A stretch of DNA of 64,000 nt from an uncultured delta proteobacterium (GTDB lineage Bacteria; Bdellovibrionota; FAC87; UBA2466), in assembly GCA_963778115.1 (NCBI GenBank), contig CAVZSV010000004.1, forward strand, positions 224,001 through 288,000, written 5' to 3'. The position numbers and the translations under genes were made by a program. The notes below the pieces were generated by a model. It made no database searches. It was not told where the DNA came from and was given only the letters and a program-made list of their open reading frames with translations. Positions 31,495 through 41,529 of this stretch are shown here, piece by piece. The stretch's first letter is position 1; each line of letters starts with the position of its first letter.

Positions 31495-32672
31495 AGCTCG
31501 CTTCCCGCGTTAGTTCCTTAAAATCATCCTCCATTATGGAGATTTCAGCTCGTGCCGCCGAGTTAAAAGCGCAAGGCCTGGACGTCATTAGCCTTGCCGC
31601 GGGAGAACCCGACTTTAATACGCCTGAGCCCATTCAGCGCGCGGCCACCAAAGCCATGCAAGATGGGATCACTAAATACACACCCGTCCCGGGATTTCTA
31701 GCCCTGCGAGAAGCGATTGCGGATCTGGTCACGCGTGAAAACAAGTTTAACGTTTCAGCCGACGAGGTTTTAGTGACTTGCGGCGCCAAACACGCTCTTT
31801 ATCTAGCGCTCCAATGCTTAGTGGAGCCCGGGGACGCCGTTTTGGTCCCGACTCCTGCTTGGGTTAGCTACACCCCCATGGTGGAATTGGCGGGAGCCCA
31901 AATCATTCCGTTACCGCTTTTTGAAGAGGACGGGTTTCGCGCCAATGTCGACCGGTGGAAGGGAATGGCCATTCCCCCCAATGCCCGAGGTATTATTTTA
32001 AATAGTCCCAATAACCCCACCGGCGTTGTCTATCCCAAAGAAGATTTAATCCGTTTAGTAGGATGGGCGCTACAACGAAATCTGTGGATCCTCTCCGATG
32101 AGATCTACGAAAAGATCCTCTACGACGGGGCCGAGCACGTGAGCATCGCTTCTTTGGGACCCGAAGTGAAAAGCCATACGATAACGGTCAGCGGCTTTTC
32201 GAAAAGTCATTGCATGACAGGATGGCGGTTGGGTTGGGCTATCGCGGAAAAAGAGCTGCTCACTAAGATGACGGCGATGCAAAGTCAGAGTATCAGCCAT
32301 GTTTCCAGCATCGTACAGATGGCAGCCATTACCGCTGCCAAGCTACCGCCTCATTATGTCTCCGACATGGTGGCCGCTTTCGAAAGACGTCGGCAGTTTT
32401 GCATGGAAAGACTAAGTCGACTCACTGACTACTGCACTTACGTAAGGCCCAATGGAGCCTTCTATTTCTTTCTCAACTTCTCACGCTATCTGAGTGCTAA
32501 GAAGATGAGTGACGTTGAACTCTGCCGAGACTTGCTAAGTAAAGCGCAGGTGGGCGTCGTGCCGGGATCTTCCTTTGGAAGGGAGAAGTCGGTTCGATTG
32601 AGTTACGCCACGAATGAGGAAATCTTGGGTAAAGCATTTGATAGGATTGAAAAGTATCTAAAAAGTTCGTAG
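31488..32672 (+). CDS. PLP-dependent aminotransferase class I (aspartate aminotransferase-like)
   Basis: GEPDF, NSPNNPTG, SDEIYE, SKSHCMTGWRLG. Confidence 0.92.
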   Translation: MLKLASRVSSLKSSSIMEISARAAELKAQGLDVISLAAGEPDFNTPEPIQRAATKAMQDGITKYTPVPGFLALREAIADLVTRENKFNVSADEVLVTCGAKHALYLALQCLVEPGDAVLVPTPAWVSYTPMVELAGAQIIPLPLFEEDGFRANVDRWKGMAIPPNARGIILNSPNNPTGVVYPKEDLIRLVGWALQRNLWILSDEIYEKILYDGAEHVSIASLGPEVKSHTITVSGFSKSHCMTGWRLGWAIAEKELLTKMTAMQSQSISHVSSIVQMAAITAAKLPPHYVSDMVAAFERRRQFCMERLSRLTDYCTYVRPNGAFYFFLNFSRYLSAKKMSDVELCRDLLSKAQVGVVPGSSFGREKSVRLSYATNEEILGKAFDRIEKYLKSS

Positions 32673-32716
32673 GCCGCTCGACACGGCTGTACTGTTTTGG
32701 GGGATACCGTTGGTTC

Positions 32717-32746
32717 CTGTCATTGCGATCGTAGCCGAAGCAACCC
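32717..32746 (+). repeat. Intergenic REP-like element, copy 3
   Basis: CTGTCATTGCGATCGTAGCCGAAGCAACCC. Confidence 0.55.
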
Positions 32747-32779
32747 GTAATTCAAAGGACAGTGACAACCCATCGCGAA

Positions 32780-34054
32780 CTAATTCACTTCCGTAACCAA
32801 TCGTTTCACCGTCTCCCATCTCAAAGTGATCGTACTAAATAACTGAATGGCTGCCGCATAATCATTGCCCGAGGCATATTTTAAAGCGGCGTCGATTTGA
32901 GGGACCATGCCATCTAGCTCTAAGGATGCCGCTTCAAAGTTATTCACTTTCTTAAGCAGCTTCGTGAAATCCCCTTGCAAGGAAGCAAGCGCTTGCCGAT
33001 CCTTTTCATCGGATTGACTGAGAGCAGAACTATTTTTCACCGTCAAAGCCGCATCTACTGCCGCACTCTTGTCCACCGTATCGGCGTACAAAGATCCTAA
33101 TTCTGTGTTAACGGTGGCTAACTGTTCTTCCAATCCCTTCTTGTCGGGTTCGGCGGCAAGCTTTAACTGCGCTTGAAGCTTGGTTCGTTCAGAGGCCTTT
33201 GCGTTAAGCGCTTGAGTGGCCGCTTCGAGTTTCTCTTGAGCGTTACGTACAGGGGCGTTTAAAGCCTCCAAGCCGTCCTTTCGAGACTCTAAGGCCTTTT
33301 GTAGATTCAAAACTGCCGCTCGCTGATCGCTTAAGCTGTGAAGCAAACCATTATCCTTACTCCCGTTTAATTCCACTGCTAGTGTAGCTCTTAGTTTTGC
33401 TACGTTACCCTTCGATTTCGAAAGAACGTCAGTCAATGCTCCTTTTTGCTTCTTCACCAAGTTACTGGTTTCCAAAAGATCTCCGACACGATCGTTTAAG
33501 CCCTGTTCCAAAAGAGTGATCAATTTTTTCAAGACCCGATTTTGGCTAGATAACTGTTTGTTAGTAACTTCTTTTTCCGGGGTCACCTTTAAAGCGGAAA
33601 AGCTGCCGTTGGTAGCCTGAAGCTCGCAGTTTGCCGCATAGAAATCCCCGGAACACAGATCCCTCAGTTCCCATCCGTCCTTAGTTTTTTCAAGTTCACC
33701 GACCAAAAGACTCTGTTCAAAAAGATATAAGGTCGTATTCGAAGTCGAAACATCTTGGGAAGGCTCATAGGCGGTAAGACGCTTTTGAAAGCGTGGAGCA
33801 AGTCCTTGTGAAGGACACTGCCCTTCTCCTAGCTCCAGATACTTGGTGCTGTTGCCTTGAGTAAGTTGCGCACAGGTCTTGTCGCTACTTAAACTTGAAT
33901 TCTCAAGGCTTACATTACTCAACCAAGCCCTAGATTCGGGAGCTGCACCCGGGTTCGCCGACGAATTTCCTGAATTATTTCCGCAAGCTGTAATAAAAAG
34001 TGCGATCGTTGAAAAAAGGAACGAAAAGCTAAGCGACCTTAAGGCATGTCTCAT
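32780..34054 (-). CDS. Lipoprotein with Cys-containing N-terminal domain and long coiled coil
   Basis: Lipobox ITAC after hydrophobic stretch; GGGAGG RBS before ATG 34054; heptad-rich C-terminal half. Confidence 0.7.
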   Translation of the reverse strand: MRHALRSLSFSFLFSTIALFITACGNNSGNSSANPGAAPESRAWLSNVSLENSSLSSDKTCAQLTQGNSTKYLELGEGQCPSQGLAPRFQKRLTAYEPSQDVSTSNTTLYLFEQSLLVGELEKTKDGWELRDLCSGDFYAANCELQATNGSFSALKVTPEKEVTNKQLSSQNRVLKKLITLLEQGLNDRVGDLLETSNLVKKQKGALTDVLSKSKGNVAKLRATLAVELNGSKDNGLLHSLSDQRAAVLNLQKALESRKDGLEALNAPVRNAQEKLEAATQALNAKASERTKLQAQLKLAAEPDKKGLEEQLATVNTELGSLYADTVDKSAAVDAALTVKNSSALSQSDEKDRQALASLQGDFTKLLKKVNNFEAASLELDGMVPQIDAALKYASGNDYAAAIQLFSTITLRWETVKRLVTEVN

Positions 34055-34114
34055 TACCCCTCCCATGATTCGCCACTTTAGCCCCACCCGTCGCTCAGCG
34101 TCAAGACCCGTTCT

Positions 34115-35402
34115 TTAGAACGAGTTCCCTAGATCGACGTAGAAGAATTGCCCTTCAGGATTGACCGCCATATCGAGGCGGACGACAAAACGATTGCTCC
34201 AAATGAGTCGGGCTCCGAAGCCGGCCGAAGCGTGAAAGTCACCGAAACTAAGCGGAAGGACTGAAGGCCAGACTCGGCCAAAGTCGACAAAAGGAACCAA
34301 GCCAAAGGTGAAGTCCTGCTTGGCAAAGAGAAACTGCAAAGGGTCCCAGCGCATTTCCGCACCTACGACAAACCGGATTTTGTCGATGAAACGGTTGCCG
34401 TCGTATCCCCGTAGGAACCGTGAACCTCCAAAATCGAGAGTGGGATGAGAGCCTCCTGTAGCGTCTAATTCATAAAAGGGGATATTCCCCGAGAGATCTT
34501 CGAAGAAGACTCGAGTGGCTGAGAATCAGATCCCGGTGAAGCGGAAAGTACTGCCGATACGTATAAGTGAACCGCCAGAAGTTATAATCACTCCCCATAA
34601 AGGGAGGATACCAATATCCATAAAGCTCGTGAGAAGCGCCCCTCGAAGGATAAGGTTCGAAATCGGTGGTATCGCTAACAATCGCAAGCCCCACATAATG
34701 AGTCTTTCCCCCGCTGATTCCCAATGGGCTTTGCGACAAGAGTAGACTGCCCGGAGGGGCGTAGATTTGGGTCCATTTCAATCCAAAGATGGGTCCAAAG
34801 GTTATATGCGGGCCCAAGTAGCGTAACATTTGAAACGAAAAGGAAGGGCCGGCCCGTACGTTTTGGTACAGCGGATCACTATTGGTCACCCGACTCGCAA
34901 TGGACGGACTATTATTTCCAATTCCATAATAACGAAGCGCCACGTCGCGATCATAGGAAAGGCGACTGGTGATGCGAAATTTTCCGTCAAGCGCATGGGG
35001 AATATCTATTTTCACAAAGTGTTTATAGCGTCCCAGATCGCTCGCTAGCACTTGCGCTTCCAATTCGAATTTGTGGGGATCTTGTCGTCGAATATTCTGC
35101 AGCGCCACATGGACACCCAAGTTGAATCCGGAATCGGAGCTGGGAAAGATAAGAGGAATTCCCTGAATGGTCCAAGGATCGCCCCAAAGATCGAAGGCTT
35201 TTTTCTTTACGATGCGGTCTATTCGGCTAGCTACCTCTTCCGAAAAATCTGAGAACTTTTTACTCACCCCCAGAGATTGCGGATCGGTAGGGCTAGAGGA
35301 CGAAGAGTTACTGTTGCTCGTACTCGTAGGAGTATTCTGACCGGCGGCGGTTGCCAAGGCCGGTGAAGCTAGGAATGCCACCAAGATCAAAAAGAGATTC
35401 AT
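34115..35402 (-). pseudogene. BamA/TamA (Omp85) family barrel protein split by a one-base frameshift near 34520
   Basis: Frame 1 (signal peptide, YYGIGN, DFEPYPSRG) continues in a second frame as ATRVFFEDLSGNIPFYE...FLRGYDGNRF...YVDLGNSF*; could be a sequencing error. Confidence 0.8.
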
Positions 35403-36004
35403 TTGAAGGCACTTAAGGGAACGTCCGCAATGTCGTACTTTTCCCACCCTTTAAAATCAAAGTGCCACCACTCGGTGGGAAAGGGGACAAACCCCTCCTT
35501 AACCATCGCACTTTCCAAACGCTTGGAATTTTTTCGCGCTTTTCTACTGCTCTTCGCGTAATTCCGACTGGCCTTTTCAGAAAAATCGTCAAAGGCGGAG
35601 GGCATCTCAATTTCGTTTCCCGCAGAATCCACGATAGTCACATCGACAGCAGCCCCTCGATTGTGCCGGGACCCCTTTTGAGGATTGGCTACGTAGCGTT
35701 CGTCGGGGACCAACTCCCAAAACTTCTTTTGGACTGATAGAGGGCGATAGCAGTCCCAAACCTTAAGACTAAAACCCTGAAGCTTAATGGAGTTCTGAAC
35801 GCGCGCCAGTGCTTCAGCAACGGGTTTGCGCAAAATACATTTGGCTTCGGGGTAGACTACCCTCTTTGTGAAGTTATCACTCGTGGCATACTTCATATCC
35901 TGTTTAATGGTCACGTCTACTTTGGAGAGGTTCACAAAATCACTGACGTTCTGCGTGTCAGCAAACACCGCCGGCAGCAGCCATACCAAAAAGAGAAGTT
36001 TCAT
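35399..36004 (-). CDS. ddpX: D-alanyl-D-alanine dipeptidase (M15D, VanX/DdpX-like) with signal peptide
   Basis: YATSDNFT, WDCYRP, SRHNRGAAVD, EWWHFD. Confidence 0.88.
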   Translation of the reverse strand: MKLLFLVWLLPAVFADTQNVSDFVNLSKVDVTIKQDMKYATSDNFTKRVVYPEAKCILRKPVAEALARVQNSIKLQGFSLKVWDCYRPLSVQKKFWELVPDERYVANPQKGSRHNRGAAVDVTIVDSAGNEIEMPSAFDDFSEKASRNYAKSSRKARKNSKRLESAMVKEGFVPFPTEWWHFDFKGWEKYDIADVPLSAFK

Positions 36005-36063
36005 GCCGTGGCATGGTCCTCTGGAGTCCTTATGAAGTCAACTTAGGTAACGAGCCGATAACC

Positions 36064-36876
36064 CTAGAAAAGGTAGGTAAAACCGAAAAAGGTTCGGTTG
36101 GGGGTATCGTACTGGGCATTGAGAAAAACCCGTCGGGAAAGTTTCACCGCCACGGAGACGCTTTGGTAAAGGGTGGGAGCTTGAGATTGCGCGCTGGTTA
36201 TCAACTTAAGGCCAAAAATACCCAGGTAAACGGTAGAAGCCGCGGTTACCTGATAATTTGCCCCGGGCTTAGTGATGTCGGTAATCGCGGGCAAAAGAAA
36301 ATTCAGTTCGAAATTGTAACGTTTACTTTCACTGAATCCGATTCCCAAATCCGCTTGAGGAGAAGTATCAATATGGTAAAGCACGACACCCAAAGTGATA
36401 GGGCCGTCGAATCCCGAAAGAATGCCGAGATCCGTTTCCGGAGTGCCTCCAATAACGTTGGAGTCTCTAACAGCAAGTCCCATGGCCGCAGAGTAAGTCC
36501 GAAAACCTATTCCGGCATCGATTCCACTAATCGCGGACCCCTGATACGACCCCTCATAATTAACTCCCCAACCGAAACTTTTATCTCCGGAAGCAACGGA
36601 AAGACCGTACTCGTTGGCGCCGCTCCCGCCGGGGGGTGGACTAAAAGAGGCCGAAATACCTGAGACCTCTTCGGGCTGCGGAAGGGCCGCTGGATTTACT
36701 CCAACCGCGGTAAAGAGCGATGGGAAGATGATTCCCGAAGCGCTCGGGAACTCGTCGTGGATGCCGACTCCGAAATGGTTATTGAATTCGGCGTAGGCAT
36801 TGGCTGAAAAGGTTAGAACACCCACTACGATAACAAACATCCGGACTAAAAGATCGCGTACTTCCAATTGAAACAT
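36064..36876 (-). CDS. Putative outer-membrane beta-barrel protein
   Basis: Signal peptide ending AYA, NPAAL motif, alternating hydrophobic strands, C-terminal FGFTYLF. Confidence 0.6.
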   Translation of the reverse strand: MFQLEVRDLLVRMFVIVVGVLTFSANAYAEFNNHFGVGIHDEFPSASGIIFPSLFTAVGVNPAALPQPEEVSGISASFSPPPGGSGANEYGLSVASGDKSFGWGVNYEGSYQGSAISGIDAGIGFRTYSAAMGLAVRDSNVIGGTPETDLGILSGFDGPITLGVVLYHIDTSPQADLGIGFSESKRYNFELNFLLPAITDITKPGANYQVTAASTVYLGIFGLKLITSAQSQAPTLYQSVSVAVKLSRRVFLNAQYDTPNRTFFGFTYLF

Positions 36877-36957
36877 CCGAAAACCCCCTCCTACTTCAAG
36901 GGCGACACTCGAATGTATGGATCGGCGCTTCCAGAATAAATCTTAAATTATGAGATG

Positions 36958-38208
36958 TTACGCCGCGTCAATGGCGGGACGACCGATCTTGGCGAGAAAC
37001 TCCACGAGAGTTTGGCGGGTGGCCTCTTCGAGATGGCGAAACTCCACTCCTCCGCTCCAAGGATGTTGGGCATCGGAGGTCTTGTGTCGATGCATGATCT
37101 GGCATTCAAAGGTGATCTGCGTCCAATGGCGGCCCAAAGGAAAACTTACAAATACCACATCCGCCACCTGAAATTCAGTGTCGCTACTAAACCCTAATCC
37201 GCCAATGGAGAGGTCTTTAACTTCAATATTGGCGATCGGCCCTTTTTCCTTCTTCATGAAGCCTTTAATGTGACAGCTAACGCGATCTCCCTGGCGACGA
37301 GAGTTGTTCAGAAAGTGGGATAGCCAGTGAATTGGATTCTCGGATCGCGCTGCAAAGAATACCGCTCCACTGTACATAAGCATTCCCAAGATCGAATAGG
37401 CGTTCCAGGAGATTTGGGATGGGTTGGTCAGGTACGTAATGATAAGGGCCCCCACCGGCATCATCAGTGTCATAAGAATGGTAGGAACCACTTTCGCATG
37501 GGCTGCCAGATATCGATAGCCATAGGCCATAAGACCCGTGGCCACAATTCCCAAATAGGCGACGTCGAGCCAGCGGTGGGTGCTCCAAGCGGAGATGGAA
37601 AAATCTTCCTGCATCATGGCAAACATCGCTGATAGCAACGAAGCCACCATCATAGACCAAAATGCGAGCCCTTTCGGTGAGTGAATCCAAAAGATTTTTT
37701 TACTAAATGCCATCCCCATTGCGCACAAAAAACTTGAGACCAGAAGTGCCGCCAATAGAATGAGATGATGTTCGGTGACCTTAGCGAAACCCGAAGTTCC
37801 CAGATAGAAGAGTATGGTACCTGCTGTGGTTAACAGCAAAAAGATTGGCCTATCGGTCCCTCGTCCGATACGGAACATCCAAAACCACAAAGGGATCATC
37901 GTGAAAGTCATCGCCGGAATCACTGATGGCAATTCCCTCAAAGCGGAAAAGTAGGTAATCGAAGGGAGCCAAAAACAGACAACTCCGATGGTAATCGCTG
38001 ATTGTAAAAGTTTGAGCGAAAGGTGGGGAACTCGTTTTTCAAAAACCGCCTGCATCACAAGTCCAACGAGAGCCGCGAAAAAGTATTGGGCCGAAATCGC
38101 CCAAAAAAAGGGATCGCCCTGAATACTTAAACGAGAAATGACTACCCATGTCGTGGAAAGAATCAGACCAACTACTACCGCGCTGATGGTTTGAACGGTC
38201 GAATTCAA
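36958..38208 (-). CDS. EamA/DMT family transporter fused to a C-terminal PilZ domain
   Basis: About 10 TM segments with YLGIVATG; then RRQGDR (RxxxR), DLSIGG (DxSxxG) and GGVEF. Confidence 0.8.
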   Translation of the reverse strand: MNSTVQTISAVVVGLILSTTWVVISRLSIQGDPFFWAISAQYFFAALVGLVMQAVFEKRVPHLSLKLLQSAITIGVVCFWLPSITYFSALRELPSVIPAMTFTMIPLWFWMFRIGRGTDRPIFLLLTTAGTILFYLGTSGFAKVTEHHLILLAALLVSSFLCAMGMAFSKKIFWIHSPKGLAFWSMMVASLLSAMFAMMQEDFSISAWSTHRWLDVAYLGIVATGLMAYGYRYLAAHAKVVPTILMTLMMPVGALIITYLTNPSQISWNAYSILGMLMYSGAVFFAARSENPIHWLSHFLNNSRRQGDRVSCHIKGFMKKEKGPIANIEVKDLSIGGLGFSSDTEFQVADVVFVSFPLGRHWTQITFECQIMHRHKTSDAQHPWSGGVEFRHLEEATRQTLVEFLAKIGRPAIDAA

Positions 38209-38408
38209 AGTGGGAAGTTCTCCAAAAAATTTGAGTGGTACAGCCGAAAGGGCTCGAAACGGTGGCTAGAAGCTACCCTATTAATGATACTCGAATTCGA
38301 AAAAGGTGCCTATAAACTTTGCCTAAAACCTTGAAAGCCAAACACCTTGGTGGACGCCCACTCCAGAGAGATTTAAAATAAAAGTCTCCCCACCTAAAAG
38401 GAGCCTCC

Positions 38409-40235
38409 TTGAACATTTTGGGCATATCCGCGTATTACCATGATAGCGCTGCGTGTCTTTTAACCGATGGACAGCTACTATCCGCGGCCCAGGAGGAGAG
38501 ATTCACCAGAAAACGCCACGACGCTGCATTCCCTATTAATGCCGTCCGCTACTGTCTAAACGCCCGGGGTCTTTCGCTTTCGCAAGTAGACGCGATTGCC
38601 TACTACGAAAAGCCGTTTTTGAAATTCGAACGCATCTTGGAGTCGGCTCTCGAAAACGCTCCGTTCTCTTATCCCATGGCGATTCGAGCCCTTCCCGTGT
38701 GGTTAAAGGACAAGTTATGGATGCGAAAAAACATTCAGAAAAGTTTAGAAACCCAATGCCCCATTTACTTTTGCGGACACCATGAATCCCATGCGGCGAG
38801 CGCATTTTTTCCGAGCCCTTTTTCGGAAGCGGCGACACTGACGATCGATGGAGTAGGCGAGTGGAGTACGACCACGTGGGGCATCGGAAAGAACAATCGC
38901 TTGGAACTGAAAGCCGAGATCCGTTTTCCCCATTCGCTAGGAATGCTTTACAGCGCGATAACGCAATACTTGGGATTCCGTGTTAATTCCGCCGAATACA
39001 AAGTGATGGGCCTTGCTCCTTACGGAGAGCCTAAATATGCAAACCTCATTAAAGACCATCTTATCCATATTTTCGAGGACGGCTCGTTTGCTCTCGATAT
39101 GGACTATTTCGCTTTCGAGCGTCGACAAAACACAATCACCGAAAAATTTGAGCACCTCTTTGGACGAAAGACTCGGCTTGGGGAAACCAAGCTGGAACCT
39201 TTTCACGCCGACGTGGCTAGAAGCATTCAGCAGGTCACTGAAGAGGTCATGCTGAAATTATCTCACCACGTCCATCGTCAAACGGGCCAAAAGGCACTCT
39301 GTCTAGCAGGAGGGGTCGCTTTGAACTGCGTGGGAAATGGGCGTGTCCTGCGGGATGGCCCTTTTGAAAAGGTGTGGATTCAGCCCGGAGCGGGTGATAG
39401 CGGAGGCGCCGTCGGTGCAGCCTATCTTGTCTGGCACCACGTCTATGAAAAGGCTCGGCCCGTCCCCTTTATCGACTCTCAATCGGGCTCCTATCTTGGC
39501 CCCGATTACACCGATATCGACATTGAGCCTGTGATCCGTAATTACGGTTTAGTCTTCCAAAGGTTCGAAGACATCTCTTTGGTACACGAAACAGCCCTTC
39601 TTTTAGATGCCCAGAAAATCGTCGGCTGGTTTCAAGGACGAATGGAGTTCGGCCCCCGCGCTTTAGGAAACCGAAGCATTCTAGGAGATGCCCGAAATAG
39701 CGAAATGCAAAAACGAATGAATTTAAAAATCAAATTCCGAGAGTCCTTCCGCCCTTTCGCCCCCAGTGTGCTGGCGGAGGATGCAGAGTCCTATTTTGCG
39801 TTGGATGCCGAAAGCCCTTACATGCTGCTCACCTGTCAGGTCGCCGGAGGGGTCATGAAAAGGCGCCAAGCCGTAGGCGATCGCTGGATGAGCGAATTAT
39901 TGGAAAACATTCCTAGCCGCATTCCCGCGGTAACCCACGTCGATGGTTCGGCGCGCGTCCATACCGTTCATCGTAAAACAAATCCCATCTTCTACGAATT
40001 ATTGAGAGCATTTAAGGAGCGATCGGGTAGTAGTGTTCTTATCAACACCTCTTTCAACGTACGCGGCGAACCTATCGTGTGCACTCCCGACGATGCGCTG
40101 AAGTGTTTTCTAAAAACCGACATCGACGCTCTGGTGATAGGCCACTACATCATCAAACGCAGCGATCAAATAGGTTCCGTATTAGACACGCTTCGCGAAA
40201 AACTTACCAAGGAAGCCCCCTTTGAACTCGACTAA
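38409..40235 (+). CDS. Carbamoyltransferase (NodU/CmcH family)
   Basis: ILGISAYYHDSAA, AQEERFTR, HHESHAASAF, EYKVMGLAPYG, EFGPRALGNRSIL, NTSFNVRGEPIV. Confidence 0.94.
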   Translation: MNILGISAYYHDSAACLLTDGQLLSAAQEERFTRKRHDAAFPINAVRYCLNARGLSLSQVDAIAYYEKPFLKFERILESALENAPFSYPMAIRALPVWLKDKLWMRKNIQKSLETQCPIYFCGHHESHAASAFFPSPFSEAATLTIDGVGEWSTTTWGIGKNNRLELKAEIRFPHSLGMLYSAITQYLGFRVNSAEYKVMGLAPYGEPKYANLIKDHLIHIFEDGSFALDMDYFAFERRQNTITEKFEHLFGRKTRLGETKLEPFHADVARSIQQVTEEVMLKLSHHVHRQTGQKALCLAGGVALNCVGNGRVLRDGPFEKVWIQPGAGDSGGAVGAAYLVWHHVYEKARPVPFIDSQSGSYLGPDYTDIDIEPVIRNYGLVFQRFEDISLVHETALLLDAQKIVGWFQGRMEFGPRALGNRSILGDARNSEMQKRMNLKIKFRESFRPFAPSVLAEDAESYFALDAESPYMLLTCQVAGGVMKRRQAVGDRWMSELLENIPSRIPAVTHVDGSARVHTVHRKTNPIFYELLRAFKERSGSSVLINTSFNVRGEPIVCTPDDALKCFLKTDIDALVIGHYIIKRSDQIGSVLDTLREKLTKEAPFELD

Positions 40236-40641
40236 ATCAGAACTATTAAAACGTCGCCAATTTTTTGTTCTTCTGGCCCTTTTATTCGCTTCGGCGGGGG
40301 TTTGGCGGGCCCTTCATTCCAATGGTAACCGCGTCCCCTATTACTTTACGGCCTCAATACTTTTATTCCTTATCGAATTCGCTCTGCCTCAGATTGCAGC
40401 CAGTCTCTTTGCAGGGTGGATGAAATTTGCCCATTTTTTGGGAACCGTAAATACCTTTATCCTTATCACCCTACTCTACTTTTTTTTCTTAACCCCGATC
40501 GCAATTTTAAAGCGCGCCTTTTCTCGCAACTCCCCTTTCACGCGCAAAGCGTATCTTGCTCGTGGCTCTTCTTGGATCGAGCTTCCTTCAAACCACTCTA
40601 CGGCAGGCCTCTCAAAGGATCGTTACTTACATCCTTACTGA
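40222..40641 (+). CDS. SxtJ family membrane protein
   Basis: WMKFAHFLGTVNT..IL..LYFFFLTPI pattern; overlaps the carbamoyltransferase end, the usual context. Confidence 0.75.
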   Translation: MNSTKSELLKRRQFFVLLALLFASAGVWRALHSNGNRVPYYFTASILLFLIEFALPQIAASLFAGWMKFAHFLGTVNTFILITLLYFFFLTPIAILKRAFSRNSPFTRKAYLARGSSWIELPSNHSTAGLSKDRYLHPY

Positions 40642-40652
40642 TTTAGGGGGGC

Positions 40653-41408
40653 TTACTCTTTGAAGCGGTAAACGTAATCGTCAGGGGTATTCATTTGGCG
40701 ATCTCTACCGGCCGATCGGAGTTCAAATCCATCTTCGGTGGGCGAGTATTGGTAGGCCGTTCCCCAAGGATCTAGGGAATCGTCTTGCCGTGCGGTCTTG
40801 TCGGTTTCCAAAACCTCTTGAAGTGTTTTCGGTAGTTCTCCCCGATCCACTTCATAGCTGCGAATACGATCCGCTAAGTCATCTATTTGATCATTGATCT
40901 GGGCCTGCTCCCGAAAGGGGTACATCACGGGGGCAAAGATACCCAGCCATCCACAGAACCCAAAGACCGCCACAAAACCAAATAGAGCCGTGCGGTAGGT
41001 TCCCGGTCCCGGTGACCGCAAAAGTCTTTTTCTCCAACTATCAGAAAGGTGCTGAGAGCCCGGCATGTCTCCCAGATCAGGGTCTGCTAAGGAAGTCGAC
41101 GAAGGCACCATCTCAGAGACGCGCTGCCCCCGATAGGCTTCCATGGCAGCTAAAAAAGCAGCCAAGGGGAGAAACCATCTGGCCTCGGAGATAAGCGTCA
41201 AAAGGGAGAAACCCACAAATAAGGCGGCTCCCCTGCGGTAATGCTTTTGGAACACCTGTCCAAGACCGGGAAGTCCAAGGCTCAGCAGAAATGCCGTTCG
41301 CCGCAGCTTTTCCAACGTTTTGGCGTCGGGAATTCCTACATTCTCAAAGGGATCGAGGGGTAAAGGGCTCTTATTCATTAGCGTTAGAAGAGACTTTGAA
41401 TTTATCAA
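40653..41408 (-). CDS. Membrane protein with C-terminal GspG-like domain
   Basis: LPGLGQ TM region; DPWGTAYQY...LRSAGRD...DD. Start uncertain. Confidence 0.65.
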   Translation of the reverse strand: MINSKSLLTLMNKSPLPLDPFENVGIPDAKTLEKLRRTAFLLSLGLPGLGQVFQKHYRRGAALFVGFSLLTLISEARWFLPLAAFLAAMEAYRGQRVSEMVPSSTSLADPDLGDMPGSQHLSDSWRKRLLRSPGPGTYRTALFGFVAVFGFCGWLGIFAPVMYPFREQAQINDQIDDLADRIRSYEVDRGELPKTLQEVLETDKTARQDDSLDPWGTAYQYSPTEDGFELRSAGRDRQMNTPDDYVYRFKE

Positions 41409-41529
41409 GATTTGATTAGATTATCTCACAAATCTCGTATCTTGTAATTCTTGCCGGGATTAGGTAGTTTCTCTCGCATTTACTATTTCCTAAGGGAGCC
41501 CTGAAATTATTGAATCTTGCGATACTACG

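Noticed and set aside
35399..36004. Vancomycin resistance locus
   Set aside because: No vanH, vanA/B or vanRS genes; a lone M15D dipeptidase is common.
38409..40641. Saxitoxin biosynthesis cluster
   Set aside because: SxtI/SxtJ-like genes are widespread and no other sxt genes are present.
40653..41408. Type II secretion system locus
   Set aside because: Only an isolated GspG-like C-terminal domain with no prepilin cleavage motif and no other gsp genes.
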